This document shows, piece by piece, positions 51,112 to 58,320 of a DNA stretch of 60,830 bases. The stretch is from positions 1 through 60,830 of the IMG/VR virus record IMGVR_UViG_3300032053_000074. The stretch is one strand, 5' to 3'. Under the pieces are notes generated by a model. That model saw only the letters and a program-made list of their open reading frames with translations. It was not told where the DNA came from and did no database searches. Source of the DNA: a virus (taxonomy: Duplodnaviria; Caudoviricetes). Position 1 is the stretch's first letter, and every line of letters begins with the position of its first letter. Both the position numbers and the translations under genes were made by a program.

Positions 51112-51271
51112 AAAATTTTGAATTAAAAAATGATAAAATAAAATACATCGCACACCATGTCGTTATATTAATAGGTATTTCTAATTTGAATAATGTATTC
51201 AATGCCCATATAATAACTATTGGTGTAACTACTAAAGGTACACATAACCATATAACTCTTAGTAAACTCAT
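51095..51271 (-). CDS. Small membrane protein (58 aa, not in ORF track)
   Basis: MSLLRVIWLCVPLVVTPIVIIWALNTLFKLEIPINITTWCAMYFIL...; TTGACA-16-TATATT promoter directly upstream. Confidence 0.55.
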   Translation of the reverse strand: MSLLRVIWLCVPLVVTPIVIIWALNTLFKLEIPINITTWCAMYFILSFFNSKFYEYGK

Positions 51272-51496
51272 GTGAACAATATACCATAGATTAACAATTT
51301 GTCAATGTTTATTTTCATTATTCAAACTGATATTTATAATAAGTGAAGAGAGAATTTGATTTACAACATCTGAATTTGCATTTTAAATGTATGTATAAAC
51401 TTATATTTAAAACTTATCCAAATAAAAATTCACCGAGAAAAATATTCTTTTATTTGAGAGGGATGTTAAGAAGTATAGGAATTATTAAAAATTAAA

Positions 51497-51585
51497 TGGC
51501 GGATAACTGAGTAATCGAAACCCACCCCTGTTAAGGAGCAATCTGTTTTCGAGGCAGTTCTAGTACCCTGACTAGTTAATTATCC
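51497..51585 (-). tRNA. tRNA-Ser(CGA), atypical (U53-A61, weak anticodon stem)
   Basis: Cloverleaf with long variable arm, loop CTCGAAA, GCCA end. Confidence 0.8.
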
Positions 51586-51592
51586 ATTAAAT

Positions 51593-51613
51593 TTGGCGGA
51601 AGTGGAGAGAATC
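51593..51613 (-). pseudogene. 3' fragment of a tRNA-Ser-like gene
   Basis: CGATTCTCTCCACTTCCGCCA without a 5' half. Confidence 0.4.
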
Positions 51614-51638
51614 GGAAAAGAACAATAAATCTTTAGTA

Positions 51639-51714
51639 TGGTGGAGATCCCGGGCTTCGCTCCCGGCACCTACTGATTGCAAATCAGTCGCTCTACTAAA
51701 TGAGCTAGATCCCC
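51639..51714 (-). tRNA. tRNA-Ala(TGC), atypical T-loop
   Basis: G3:U70; ACTGA-TTTGCAA-TCAGT; T-loop AGCGAAG; D-loop lacks GG; ACCA end. Confidence 0.88.
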
Positions 51715-51729
51715 ATTATTATAATAAAT

Positions 51730-51802
51730 TGGTTGCGGTCGCCAGAATTAAACTGGTCCAATACCTTATGAGAGTATTATGCTATCATTACACCTCCCCG
51801 CA
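51730..51802 (-). tRNA. tRNA with CAT anticodon (Met or Ile2), degenerate
   Basis: ATACT-CTCATAA-GGTAT; mismatched acceptor stem; T-loop TTTAATT; ACCA end. Confidence 0.6.
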
Positions 51803-51850
51803 ATAAAATTCAACCATCTACTTATAACTATATCACAAAACTATTAAATG

Positions 51851-52348
51851 TCAAGAAATTTCTTCTATTGGAAGACTATACCATTTATCAGGAAAGAATT
51901 TTTCATTATTTTGTTCAACAAAATATTCATTTCCGCTTCTATAAATAACAGAAAATCTATTTCCATTATAACCTAATACACTTTCAAATTCTTTTGGTGT
52001 ATGTATAAATATATTGTAAGATATATATTCTTTTCTGCATTTATCACAATATGCTTCAAAATAATATTCTCCACTCTTATACTTTCCCGATTTTCCACAT
52101 CTAATACATGATTCAGAAATCCATTCATCATGGTCTATTTTAATTTCTTTGTATTGTGTTGGTATAGGTTCCATTTTAGAAATAATATTATTTCCAACAA
52201 TTATCTCGTCAAATATGTATTGTCCATATCCAGATTTTACACAATAAACTTGTTTGAATTCAGTAATAATTTTCCCAATTTGAATATCTTTACTTCTATG
52301 AGAATTATACTTGATTATATCACCGACTTTTAAATTATTTATATTCAT
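51851..52348 (-). CDS. Hypothetical protein (zinc ribbon)
   Basis: CIRCG...CDKC. Confidence 0.55.
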   Translation of the reverse strand: MNINNLKVGDIIKYNSHRSKDIQIGKIITEFKQVYCVKSGYGQYIFDEIIVGNNIISKMEPIPTQYKEIKIDHDEWISESCIRCGKSGKYKSGEYYFEAYCDKCRKEYISYNIFIHTPKEFESVLGYNGNRFSVIYRSGNEYFVEQNNEKFFPDKWYSLPIEEIS

Positions 52349-52365
52349 AAAATTAGTTTATTGGT

Positions 52366-52761
52366 TTACCAACCTAAATTGTGAAAATACTTTGTAAATA
52401 ATTCCATTCCTTCTTTATATTTTAAATATGCATCATCATAATCTGATTTTATTTTTATTTCAGACCATTTGTCCATAGTCAATGTGAATTTAAAAGCAAA
52501 TATCATTTTATCTAAAATATGATTCCATGCTTCTTCCGATACTTCTCCACCAGGATATGCATTAGTTACTCCTTTAAATCTAATCAATCTTGGAAGAATA
52601 AATTCTGCGATTACTTTATCAAGACACCAAGTTTCAGTATCGGAAAATCCGTTTGACTTCAATTGCTTCATATGCCTATTATAATGTTTATCATTCTTTT
52701 TAATATAGAGCGGCATTTTAATAGACCATTTACTAATTAAATTCTTTGATATTTTTTTCAT
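52366..52761 (-). CDS. Phage hypothetical protein
   Basis: ETWCLD..IA.FILPRL..FK...YP...W..ILDKMI.AF...G.ELF.KYF..L. Confidence 0.65.
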   Translation of the reverse strand: MKKISKNLISKWSIKMPLYIKKNDKHYNRHMKQLKSNGFSDTETWCLDKVIAEFILPRLIRFKGVTNAYPGGEVSEEAWNHILDKMIFAFKFTLTMDKWSEIKIKSDYDDAYLKYKEGMELFTKYFHNLGW

Positions 52762-52786
52762 AGCTTCTTATTTTTAATTCTAAGTT

Positions 52787-52822
52787 GTTTCAATCAACTC
52801 ATCACCCCAAAGGGTGATGAAA
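52787..52822 (-). CRISPR. Solitary CRISPR-repeat-like unit (no array)
   Basis: TTTCATCACCCTTTGGGGTGATGAGTTGATTGAAAC: 9-bp hairpin plus GTTGATTGAAAC tail, flanked by a 17-bp direct repeat. Confidence 0.55.
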
Positions 52823-52948
52823 ATTTTTAATTCTAAGTTTACGAGCATCATCCAATAATTTCTGCTTCAACTTAGCATCTAATATAAATTGCCTAAAACT
52901 TCCTTTCGGACAACCGCATACTTCATCAATTGTAATTTTCTTATTCAT
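52802..52948 (-). CDS. Small protein (48 aa) whose 3' end is interrupted by the repeat unit
   Basis: MNKKITIDEVCGCPKGSF...KLRIKNFHHPLG*; overlaps the stop of the upstream gene. Confidence 0.5.
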   Translation of the reverse strand: MNKKITIDEVCGCPKGSFRQFILDAKLKQKLLDDARKLRIKNFHHPLG

Positions 52949-53552
52949 AAGGATTTGCTAATATAGATTCTAATGTTCCCCTTGGCATATCGTCCAAAGT
53001 CTTTACAAAATCACGTAATAATCTGAAACTATTTGGAATCAATTCATCTGGAATATCAGTTGTATCCGTCACAAATGGTTTTATTAATTGTGCAGCATGA
53101 ACAGCTTTTAAATGAGTACGTGCCATTAATTTATCATGAGATTCAGGAGTAAATCTCTCCCATGTCTTATCCATCATTTGATTATTATCAAAGATGTTAG
53201 ACACCTTACCAAATTTATCTATAAATTCCTTTTCTGAATCATAACCACATTCGTAAGTGAGAATGGAATTTCTTTTTAATTCAGGTGTTCTCTTTCCGAA
53301 AAGAGGATGAATACTTGTTACTTCCGAAGTATGTCTTAACAAGATATTAGTACTTGATTCTTGTACTGAACACACGTTGATCAAATGCATTTTTTTTGTA
53401 AAACACAATTCATGTGCCACACTTTCATAAGCAGAAATGGGGACTGCTAAAATAACGCTGTAGGCATCATTTGTAATATTAAATCCATGCACTGGTAACA
53501 ATTCTTTTAAAAATTTACCAAAAGATCCATCTCCTATAATATTAATTTTCAT
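52941..53552 (-). CDS. Prephenate/arogenate dehydrogenase-like protein (TyrA family)
   Basis: IIGDGSFG Rossmann motif, VILAVPI, NVCSV, HPLFG, TPESHDKLMA..H. Confidence 0.7.
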   Translation of the reverse strand: MKINIIGDGSFGKFLKELLPVHGFNITNDAYSVILAVPISAYESVAHELCFTKKMHLINVCSVQESSTNILLRHTSEVTSIHPLFGKRTPELKRNSILTYECGYDSEKEFIDKFGKVSNIFDNNQMMDKTWERFTPESHDKLMARTHLKAVHAAQLIKPFVTDTTDIPDELIPNSFRLLRDFVKTLDDMPRGTLESILANPYE

Positions 53553-53629
53553 ACTAAGGAGTATATACTAGATACATAATATGTCAAGTGTAAAGTTCAC
53601 TTGATTTTACAGGTAGATAACACTTAGAA

Positions 53630-53733
53630 TTTGGACAAATAGTGCATATTATTTCATGACCAACTTTCATTGGTGCGATGCGGCACTTGCGCCCAATCCC
53701 TTACGGAATACTCCTTTCGGGAATTTGTCCAAA
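53630..53733 (-). ncRNA. Unknown 104-nt multi-hairpin RNA (RNase P S-domain-like)
   Basis: 11-bp closing stem TTTGGACAAAT/ATTTGTCCAAA; internal GAAA, GTAA and GAAA hairpins; AGTGC/GCACT stem; TGAAA in an internal loop. Confidence 0.6.
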
Positions 53734-53734
53734 A

Positions 53735-53990
53735 TTTTTGTTGCTGCCGTAGCCGATGTTCTGTTTTATCTCTACATTAATCTCAATATTTCTATTGGCC
53801 AAACTTTATGTTCAGCTGCTCCAACCTTGACTTAATAACGTGTAGAACTACACTCAGTCACTTTAGGATTACTTCTAATATGTGGTTATATCGAATATAG
53901 AGTTAACGCTCCAATTCTCCCAATCATCTTCTATGAAGCATCGAACTTCCTCTAACCTTTCGGTCAGCGTAGAGTCGCATACAACAAAAT
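53735..53990 (-). ncRNA. rnpB: RNase P RNA (compact, divergent S domain)
   Basis: P1, P2 (CTCTAC/GTAGAG), P3, CR-I GAGGAAGTTCGATGC pairing with CR-V ACAGAACATCGGCTA (P4, bulged U), P5, P15, P18 GAAA, CR-IV AGATTAATG. Confidence 0.85.
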
Positions 53991-54006
53991 TCAAATAACT
54001 GACAAT

Positions 54007-54035
54007 ATCCTACACTGAAGGAGGAACATTGTCAA
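54007..54035 (-). promoter_or_regulatory. Sigma70-like promoter for the RNase P RNA
   Basis: TTGACA-17nt-TAGGAT ending about 17 nt before P1. Confidence 0.55.
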
Positions 54036-54390
54036 TCTTTTTATCTTCAGGTTTCGGAACAATTTCCAATTCGGTTTTAGCTGATTGTAATTGTGCCATC
54101 TGAAAATCATAATTTAATTGTGATTCATTATCCTTACTCTCAGCAAATCTCTGAACTGGTTTCATTAGACTAAATGCAACGAGTATATATACCCATTCTT
54201 TTGGAGGAACGACTAATGCCCCCGATGACATTGATAGATAGGATACTATTGTCATAAATGTTGCAATAACAATAAATCCAATTATGCGTGAATATGAAAA
54301 TGATGGAGGATCGGTTGCATCAAGAAACATTGACCATATAGGTGGTGCTTTTGGCTTTGCCGGGGTTAAACTTTTTATTTCTTTACTCAT
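54010..54390 (-). CDS. Two-TM membrane protein (holin-like)
   Basis: S.SRIIGFIVIATFMTIV and WVYILVAFSL hydrophobic segments; charged C-terminus. Confidence 0.5.
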   Translation of the reverse strand: MSKEIKSLTPAKPKAPPIWSMFLDATDPPSFSYSRIIGFIVIATFMTIVSYLSMSSGALVVPPKEWVYILVAFSLMKPVQRFAESKDNESQLNYDFQMAQLQSAKTELEIVPKPEDKKIDNVPPSV

Positions 54391-54406
54391 ATCTATTCAA
54401 CATAAC

Positions 54407-54754
54407 TTAAATACTTTTTGGTCTATTTTCTTCGATGGATTTCTTCAATCCTTCAAGATCATCCCGATACATCATGATCATATAAGTAAATCCAGGTTTA
54501 TCATTATCTTCGACCATTTCCATTATGAAATTTTTAATATCAATGTCCGATGGTTTCCAATCAAATTCTTCACAAATTGCAACTACCGATTCTCCTAATG
54601 GAGATATATTAAATGCACATTCTACCACTTTCATTTTTGCAAGTTTATCGAGATAACTTATAATCATCATCATCGAAATATATTCTGGCTGAATAACCAG
54701 ACCATCAATTTTCGTACGCTCTATAATTGCACTGAACTTTTCATCATTTGTCAT
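54407..54754 (-). CDS. Hypothetical protein
   Basis: 115-aa ORF preceded by TACTTATA. Confidence 0.6.
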   Translation of the reverse strand: MTNDEKFSAIIERTKIDGLVIQPEYISMMMIISYLDKLAKMKVVECAFNISPLGESVVAICEEFDWKPSDIDIKNFIMEMVEDNDKPGFTYMIMMYRDDLEGLKKSIEENRPKSI

Positions 54755-54784
54755 AGTTTATAAGTATACCTTTTTAGTTAAGAA

Positions 54785-54863
54785 TGGTCCGCCCGGTCAG
54801 ATTTGAACTGACATTATTCCTGACCCCAAATCAGGTGCCATAACCAAGTTAGGCGACGGACGG
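54785..54863 (-). tRNA. tRNA-Pro(TGG)
   Basis: CCTGA-TTTGGGG-TCAGG; GTTCAAATC; ACCA. Confidence 0.93.
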
Positions 54864-55031
54864 ATATTTATGTTATTTCTTTTTAGAAATTAAAGTTTTT
54901 AATAGATTTAGGAACATCTTCAAAGAATTTATTGATTTCGGCTTTGACTTAACCAATTTCTTTTCCTTGCACTTCGCTTTAGGAACGTGTTTTTTTCTCA
55001 TTTATAATTGAATTACTAATCTCCCATATCT

Positions 55032-55418
55032 TTATTCTATGAATGTCAATGGAACTTGTTTCAATTGTCCCTTACTCAATATGCTAAGATCAAGTATTCT
55101 AACTTCATATGTGGACCTTCTAGTTACTATTAACTGATTACCAACACCTATAGGAAATGCAATGGTATTCCAATTTGTTTTAATAAAACCATTGGTATCA
55201 ATGTATGTATAATATCCTTCAAAATATCCATTATAACCATTATATAAATTATAAGTATGTCCTGGAACAATGTTAAAGTAAGAATCTGAATATGAGACAT
55301 CATATGATGTTGGCTGAACACTGTATGGATGAATATAATAAAATGTGAATCCTGCAATTGTTGATACGCATATTGCAAAACATATAATACTGACTAATAT
55401 TGTCTTTAGAATTTTCAT
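55032..55418 (-). CDS. Secreted or membrane-anchored hypothetical protein
   Basis: Signal-like MKILKTILVSIICFAICV; the track start overlaps a tRNA, so moved to 55418. Confidence 0.55.
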   Translation of the reverse strand: MKILKTILVSIICFAICVSTIAGFTFYYIHPYSVQPTSYDVSYSDSYFNIVPGHTYNLYNGYNGYFEGYYTYIDTNGFIKTNWNTIAFPIGVGNQLIVTRRSTYEVRILDLSILSKGQLKQVPLTFIE

Positions 55419-55427
55419 ATTTTTAGA

Positions 55428-55517
55428 TGGCGGAAAGCACAGAGCACGATTCTGATGCACACTTAAGGCACGAAGAGTTTAGCAAACTCTCATGGCACCC
55501 CGGCCATTTTACTTTCC
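55428..55517 (-). tRNA. tRNA-Ser(GCT), atypical
   Basis: AGAGT-TTGCTAA-ACTCT; long variable arm; T-loop ATCGTGC; A8; GCCA. Confidence 0.82.
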
Positions 55518-55588
55518 ATTGTGTATAACTATAACACATATTTTCAAAATGTCAATAAATATTATAACGAACATTATAGATAATAAAT

Positions 55589-55662
55589 TGGTAGGAGATA
55601 GTGGAATCGAACCACTCACTGATGGATGTAAACCAACTGTTATACCGATTAACTAATCTCCC
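55589..55662 (-). tRNA. tRNA-Val(TAC)
   Basis: Loop TTTACAT; GGTTCGATTCC; ACCA. Confidence 0.93.
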
Positions 55663-55670
55663 ATAAATTG

Positions 55671-55781
55671 TTTTCCGATTGCAGATTTAAACCTGCCCTA
55701 AGTGTTGACCACACACTCGCTTTATTATTGGTTACAACCTTCTTATTTTAAATAAGATCTTGACCAGAATCTATCGGAAAA
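55671..55781 (-). ncRNA. tRNA-like RNA with an enlarged first arm
   Basis: TTTTCCGAT/ATCGGAAAA closing stem; AGTGT-7nt-ACACT arm; GCAG-GTTTAAAT-CTGC T-like arm; no CCA. Confidence 0.4.
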
Positions 55782-55783
55782 AA

Positions 55784-55872
55784 TGGCGGATGACTGAGTA
55801 TTCGAAACCCACCCCTGTTAAGGGGCAATCCGATTTCAAGTCGGTTCCAGTACCCTGACTGGTTAATCATCC
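55784..55872 (-). tRNA. tRNA-Ser(TGA), U53-A61
   Basis: CCGA-CTTGAAA-TCGG; long variable arm; GCCA; paralog of Ser(CGA). Confidence 0.88.
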
Positions 55873-55903
55873 ATATAATAACTATAAGTTAATATTCTCA
55901 AAA

Positions 55904-55979
55904 TGGTGCTCCCATACGGAGTTGAACCGTAATCTTCGATTTAGGAAATCGTAGCTCTATCCATTTGAGCTATAGGAGC
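55904..55979 (-). tRNA. tRNA-Arg(CCT)
   Basis: CGAT-TTCCTAA-ATCG; GGTTCAACTCC; ACCA. Confidence 0.93.
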
Positions 55980-55984
55980 ATAAA

Positions 55985-56146
55985 TTATTTCAATATTTTC
56001 AATACCAATTTTGCTTTCTTTAACTTCTGTTCCGTCAACTCATATTCTTTAGGAGTTGCTTTTCTTTTAAAATTAGGACTACGTAATCTATTCTCAAGAA
56101 ATAAAATGTAATCCTGTTCGTGTTTTAGTCGTTTATTCTTCGTCAT
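55985..56146 (-). CDS. Small basic protein (53 aa, not in ORF track)
   Basis: MTKNKRLKHEQDYILFLENRLRSPNFK...KLVLKILK. Confidence 0.5.
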   Translation of the reverse strand: MTKNKRLKHEQDYILFLENRLRSPNFKRKATPKEYELTEQKLKKAKLVLKILK

Positions 56147-56154
56147 AAATAAAA

Positions 56155-56796
56155 TTATATATCCATATCAGTTTTAATATTTGTCATATCGTCTTTATCT
56201 TTAAATAAGAAAAAATGATTATTCGCTTCTAACAAATAATAATTACTTATCTTACAAAGTTTTTTAGCCATATAAGAATATACTTTGCTTCTTCTACCTT
56301 CATCATAATCTTTAAATGATATTCCTCGTGGAGAATGACGATTAATAAAAGTAAGCATAATGCTTTGTAACTTCTTCAATACTCGTATCGGAGAATTAGA
56401 ATTTGTCAACCCATATTCAAATTCATCAAGTTCCTTAGAAAATGTCTTGGTATCATTACCAATTAATAATGGCTTTTTAATATATTGAGATGATATACGC
56501 TTAAAAGAAAAGCGATAGAATCCAACAAGAACTCTTGAAATATCACATTCCACTTCAAAAATATCTCCATCTATATTTATATTTTTTCTTAATGTATTTT
56601 TATCCAGTTTAAAAATATTATGTTCGTCTGAATCTTCCGGGTCTAATAATTCTGAAAAATATTTTTTCATTATATCTTTTTTATTATCTACAAAATAATT
56701 TTCGGTTATAAATATTTTACCAATTTTATCAGCATACCAATCTTTCGCTAAACTTTCAGTAATTACATTCTTCTTAGATGTTATCTTACATTTCAT
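56155..56796 (-). CDS. Hypothetical protein
   Basis: 213 aa; P.GISF......RSKVY..M. Confidence 0.6.
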   Translation of the reverse strand: MKCKITSKKNVITESLAKDWYADKIGKIFITENYFVDNKKDIMKKYFSELLDPEDSDEHNIFKLDKNTLRKNINIDGDIFEVECDISRVLVGFYRFSFKRISSQYIKKPLLIGNDTKTFSKELDEFEYGLTNSNSPIRVLKKLQSIMLTFINRHSPRGISFKDYDEGRRSKVYSYMAKKLCKISNYYLLEANNHFFLFKDKDDMTNIKTDMDI

Positions 56797-56880
56797 ATTT
56801 TAATTATTTATCATAAATCGTCAGAAATATTATCTTCAATATTTACGGTTCCGTTAAGGTTCCTATTGAATGATTAACAA

Positions 56881-57114
56881 TCAATACCAAGCATTCCCAA
56901 ATATAATGTCACCTTGTAAGGATTTATGCATTAAAGAAGTCATTCTTTCTATCTGTCTTCCATATGTATCCGTTTTATTTGCATCATCTGATACAAAAAT
57001 TATGTTTATACATGTAGGACTCCAAACTGCACTTACCAATGCTCGATGTTCATTTCTTAGAGAATCAATAAATGTTACTGAATCACCTATTTTTACTATT
57101 GCTGTTTCGTTCAT
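56881..57114 (-). CDS. Hypothetical protein
   Basis: IGD.V.F.D.....ALV.AVW...CIN..FVS.D....D.YGRQIER.TS. Confidence 0.6.
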   Translation of the reverse strand: MNETAIVKIGDSVTFIDSLRNEHRALVSAVWSPTCINIIFVSDDANKTDTYGRQIERMTSLMHKSLQGDIIFGNAWY

Positions 57115-57176
57115 ATTTCTGTCTTTCTTTTTACTCTAAATACATAATTATATTTAGAAAACAGAAGTTCTAAAAA

Positions 57177-57253
57177 TGGTGCAGTCGGAGGGACTCGAAC
57201 CCTCAACCTTACGGGTAGAAACCGTTTGCGCTATCCAATTGCGCCACGCCTGC
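57177..57253 (-). tRNA. tRNA-Arg(TCT)
   Basis: ACGG-TTTCTAC-CCGT; GGTTCGAGTCC; ACCA. Confidence 0.93.
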
Positions 57254-57259
57254 ATAAAT

Positions 57260-57344
57260 TGGTGCTGGTAGAGGGAGTCGAACCCACACGCCTTTCGGCA
57301 AAAGATCCTAAATCTTTCGTGGCTGCCAATTACACCATACCAGC
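57260..57344 (-). tRNA. tRNA-Leu(TAG)
   Basis: AAAGA-TTTAGGA-TCTTT; variable arm GCC-GAAA-GGC; ACCA. Confidence 0.95.
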
Positions 57345-57348
57345 AAAA

Positions 57349-57573
57349 TCATTTTTTCTTTTCATCGGGACACGATGATTCAAGTTCAAATTCAAATTGT
57401 TTTTCTGAGGGAAATGGTCTTAACATTGCACTCAATTTTTTTGGAAAATCAAAAAACACACAAAGTGAATCAGTACCTACATAAACTGTATTTCCAGTTT
57501 GACGCTTGATTGCTTTTTCAAAAGTCTTCATAGACTCGAAATCTGCATCTTCGAATTTAAGATTTAATTTCAT
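57349..57573 (-). CDS. Hypothetical protein
   Basis: ATG start at 57573 (MKLNL). Confidence 0.5.
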   Translation of the reverse strand: MKLNLKFEDADFESMKTFEKAIKRQTGNTVYVGTDSLCVFFDFPKKLSAMLRPFPSEKQFEFELESSCPDEKKK

Positions 57574-57574
57574 A

Positions 57575-57706
57575 TTAATGTTTCCAAGGGTCTGGTGTTG
57601 GTAAAGTCCAAGTTGATTTTTCTGGTTCACCTATGGGATGATCATTAAAAAATGTCGTACATCCACTTAGCAGTATTAATATGATTGAACCTAAAAATAA
57701 TTTCAT
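57575..57706 (-). CDS. Small lipoprotein (43 aa, not in ORF track)
   Basis: MKLFLGSIILILLSG|C lipobox; TTGACA-16-TATAGT promoter upstream. Confidence 0.6.
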   Translation of the reverse strand: MKLFLGSIILILLSGCTTFFNDHPIGEPEKSTWTLPTPDPWKH

Positions 57707-57841
57707 AATTCATTAACTATACAGTAGATTAAGATAATGTCAACTAAATTCTTATAGCTGCTACTAATATTTCATCATGATAAAACACGTTTGCCTTATT
57801 TAACTCATCCTATGAGCACTATAATATTTACGTAATTATTT

Positions 57842-58267
57842 TTAATAAATCAACTTACTATCAAATAGTGTAGATTCTAATTTGGAAATCTGTAATGTTA
57901 TAAATTCTCTAAGTTCCTCATCATGACAAATATAAGAAATTCTAAATCTAATACCACCCATTTTTAATTTAATCTGATGAATTTCAAATCCTTCTATTTT
58001 AGAGTTCTTTTGAAAACTAACTAAATATTCAAGAAATTCATCTATAATTAAATACCATAAATGATGAAATGGCTCTCCGAAACTCATTCCATACCATCCA
58101 ATAGGAACATATTCCCGCCATTTACTTAATAATTTTCTCTCCTCTTCAAAACAACCTTCACTGTATTTTGCTTTAATTTCACTATTAATATAGAGATTAA
58201 TATCCGTTACTTCAGGAAACCAATAATTTCTATATCCATCATATTTACTCAAGATTGTTGTTATCAT
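57842..58267 (-). CDS. Phage hypothetical protein
   Basis: GW...W..II; QIKLKMGGIRF. Confidence 0.6.
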   Translation of the reverse strand: MITTILSKYDGYRNYWFPEVTDINLYINSEIKAKYSEGCFEEERKLLSKWREYVPIGWYGMSFGEPFHHLWYLIIDEFLEYLVSFQKNSKIEGFEIHQIKLKMGGIRFRISYICHDEELREFITLQISKLESTLFDSKLIY

Positions 58268-58320
58268 AAAACACATGATACACTGTATTTACGGAATGTC
58301 AATAATATTTTATTGGAAAT

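Noticed and set aside
52787-52822. Ordinary intrinsic terminator
   Set aside because: No U tract after the stem on the transcribed strand; the flanking 17-bp duplication and ATTGAAAC tail point to an inserted repeat-like unit, though a plus-strand terminator role is not fully excluded.
53630-53990. tmRNA or group I intron interpretation of the structured region
   Set aside because: No Ala-type acceptor end or tag ORF, and no interrupted host gene; RNase P P4/CR-I/CR-IV/CR-V pairings explain it better.
55784-55872. Selenocysteine or opal-suppressor tRNA (extended D stem, long variable arm)
   Set aside because: The anticodon is TGA (reads Ser UCA), not TCA, and the acceptor/T fold is 7/5.
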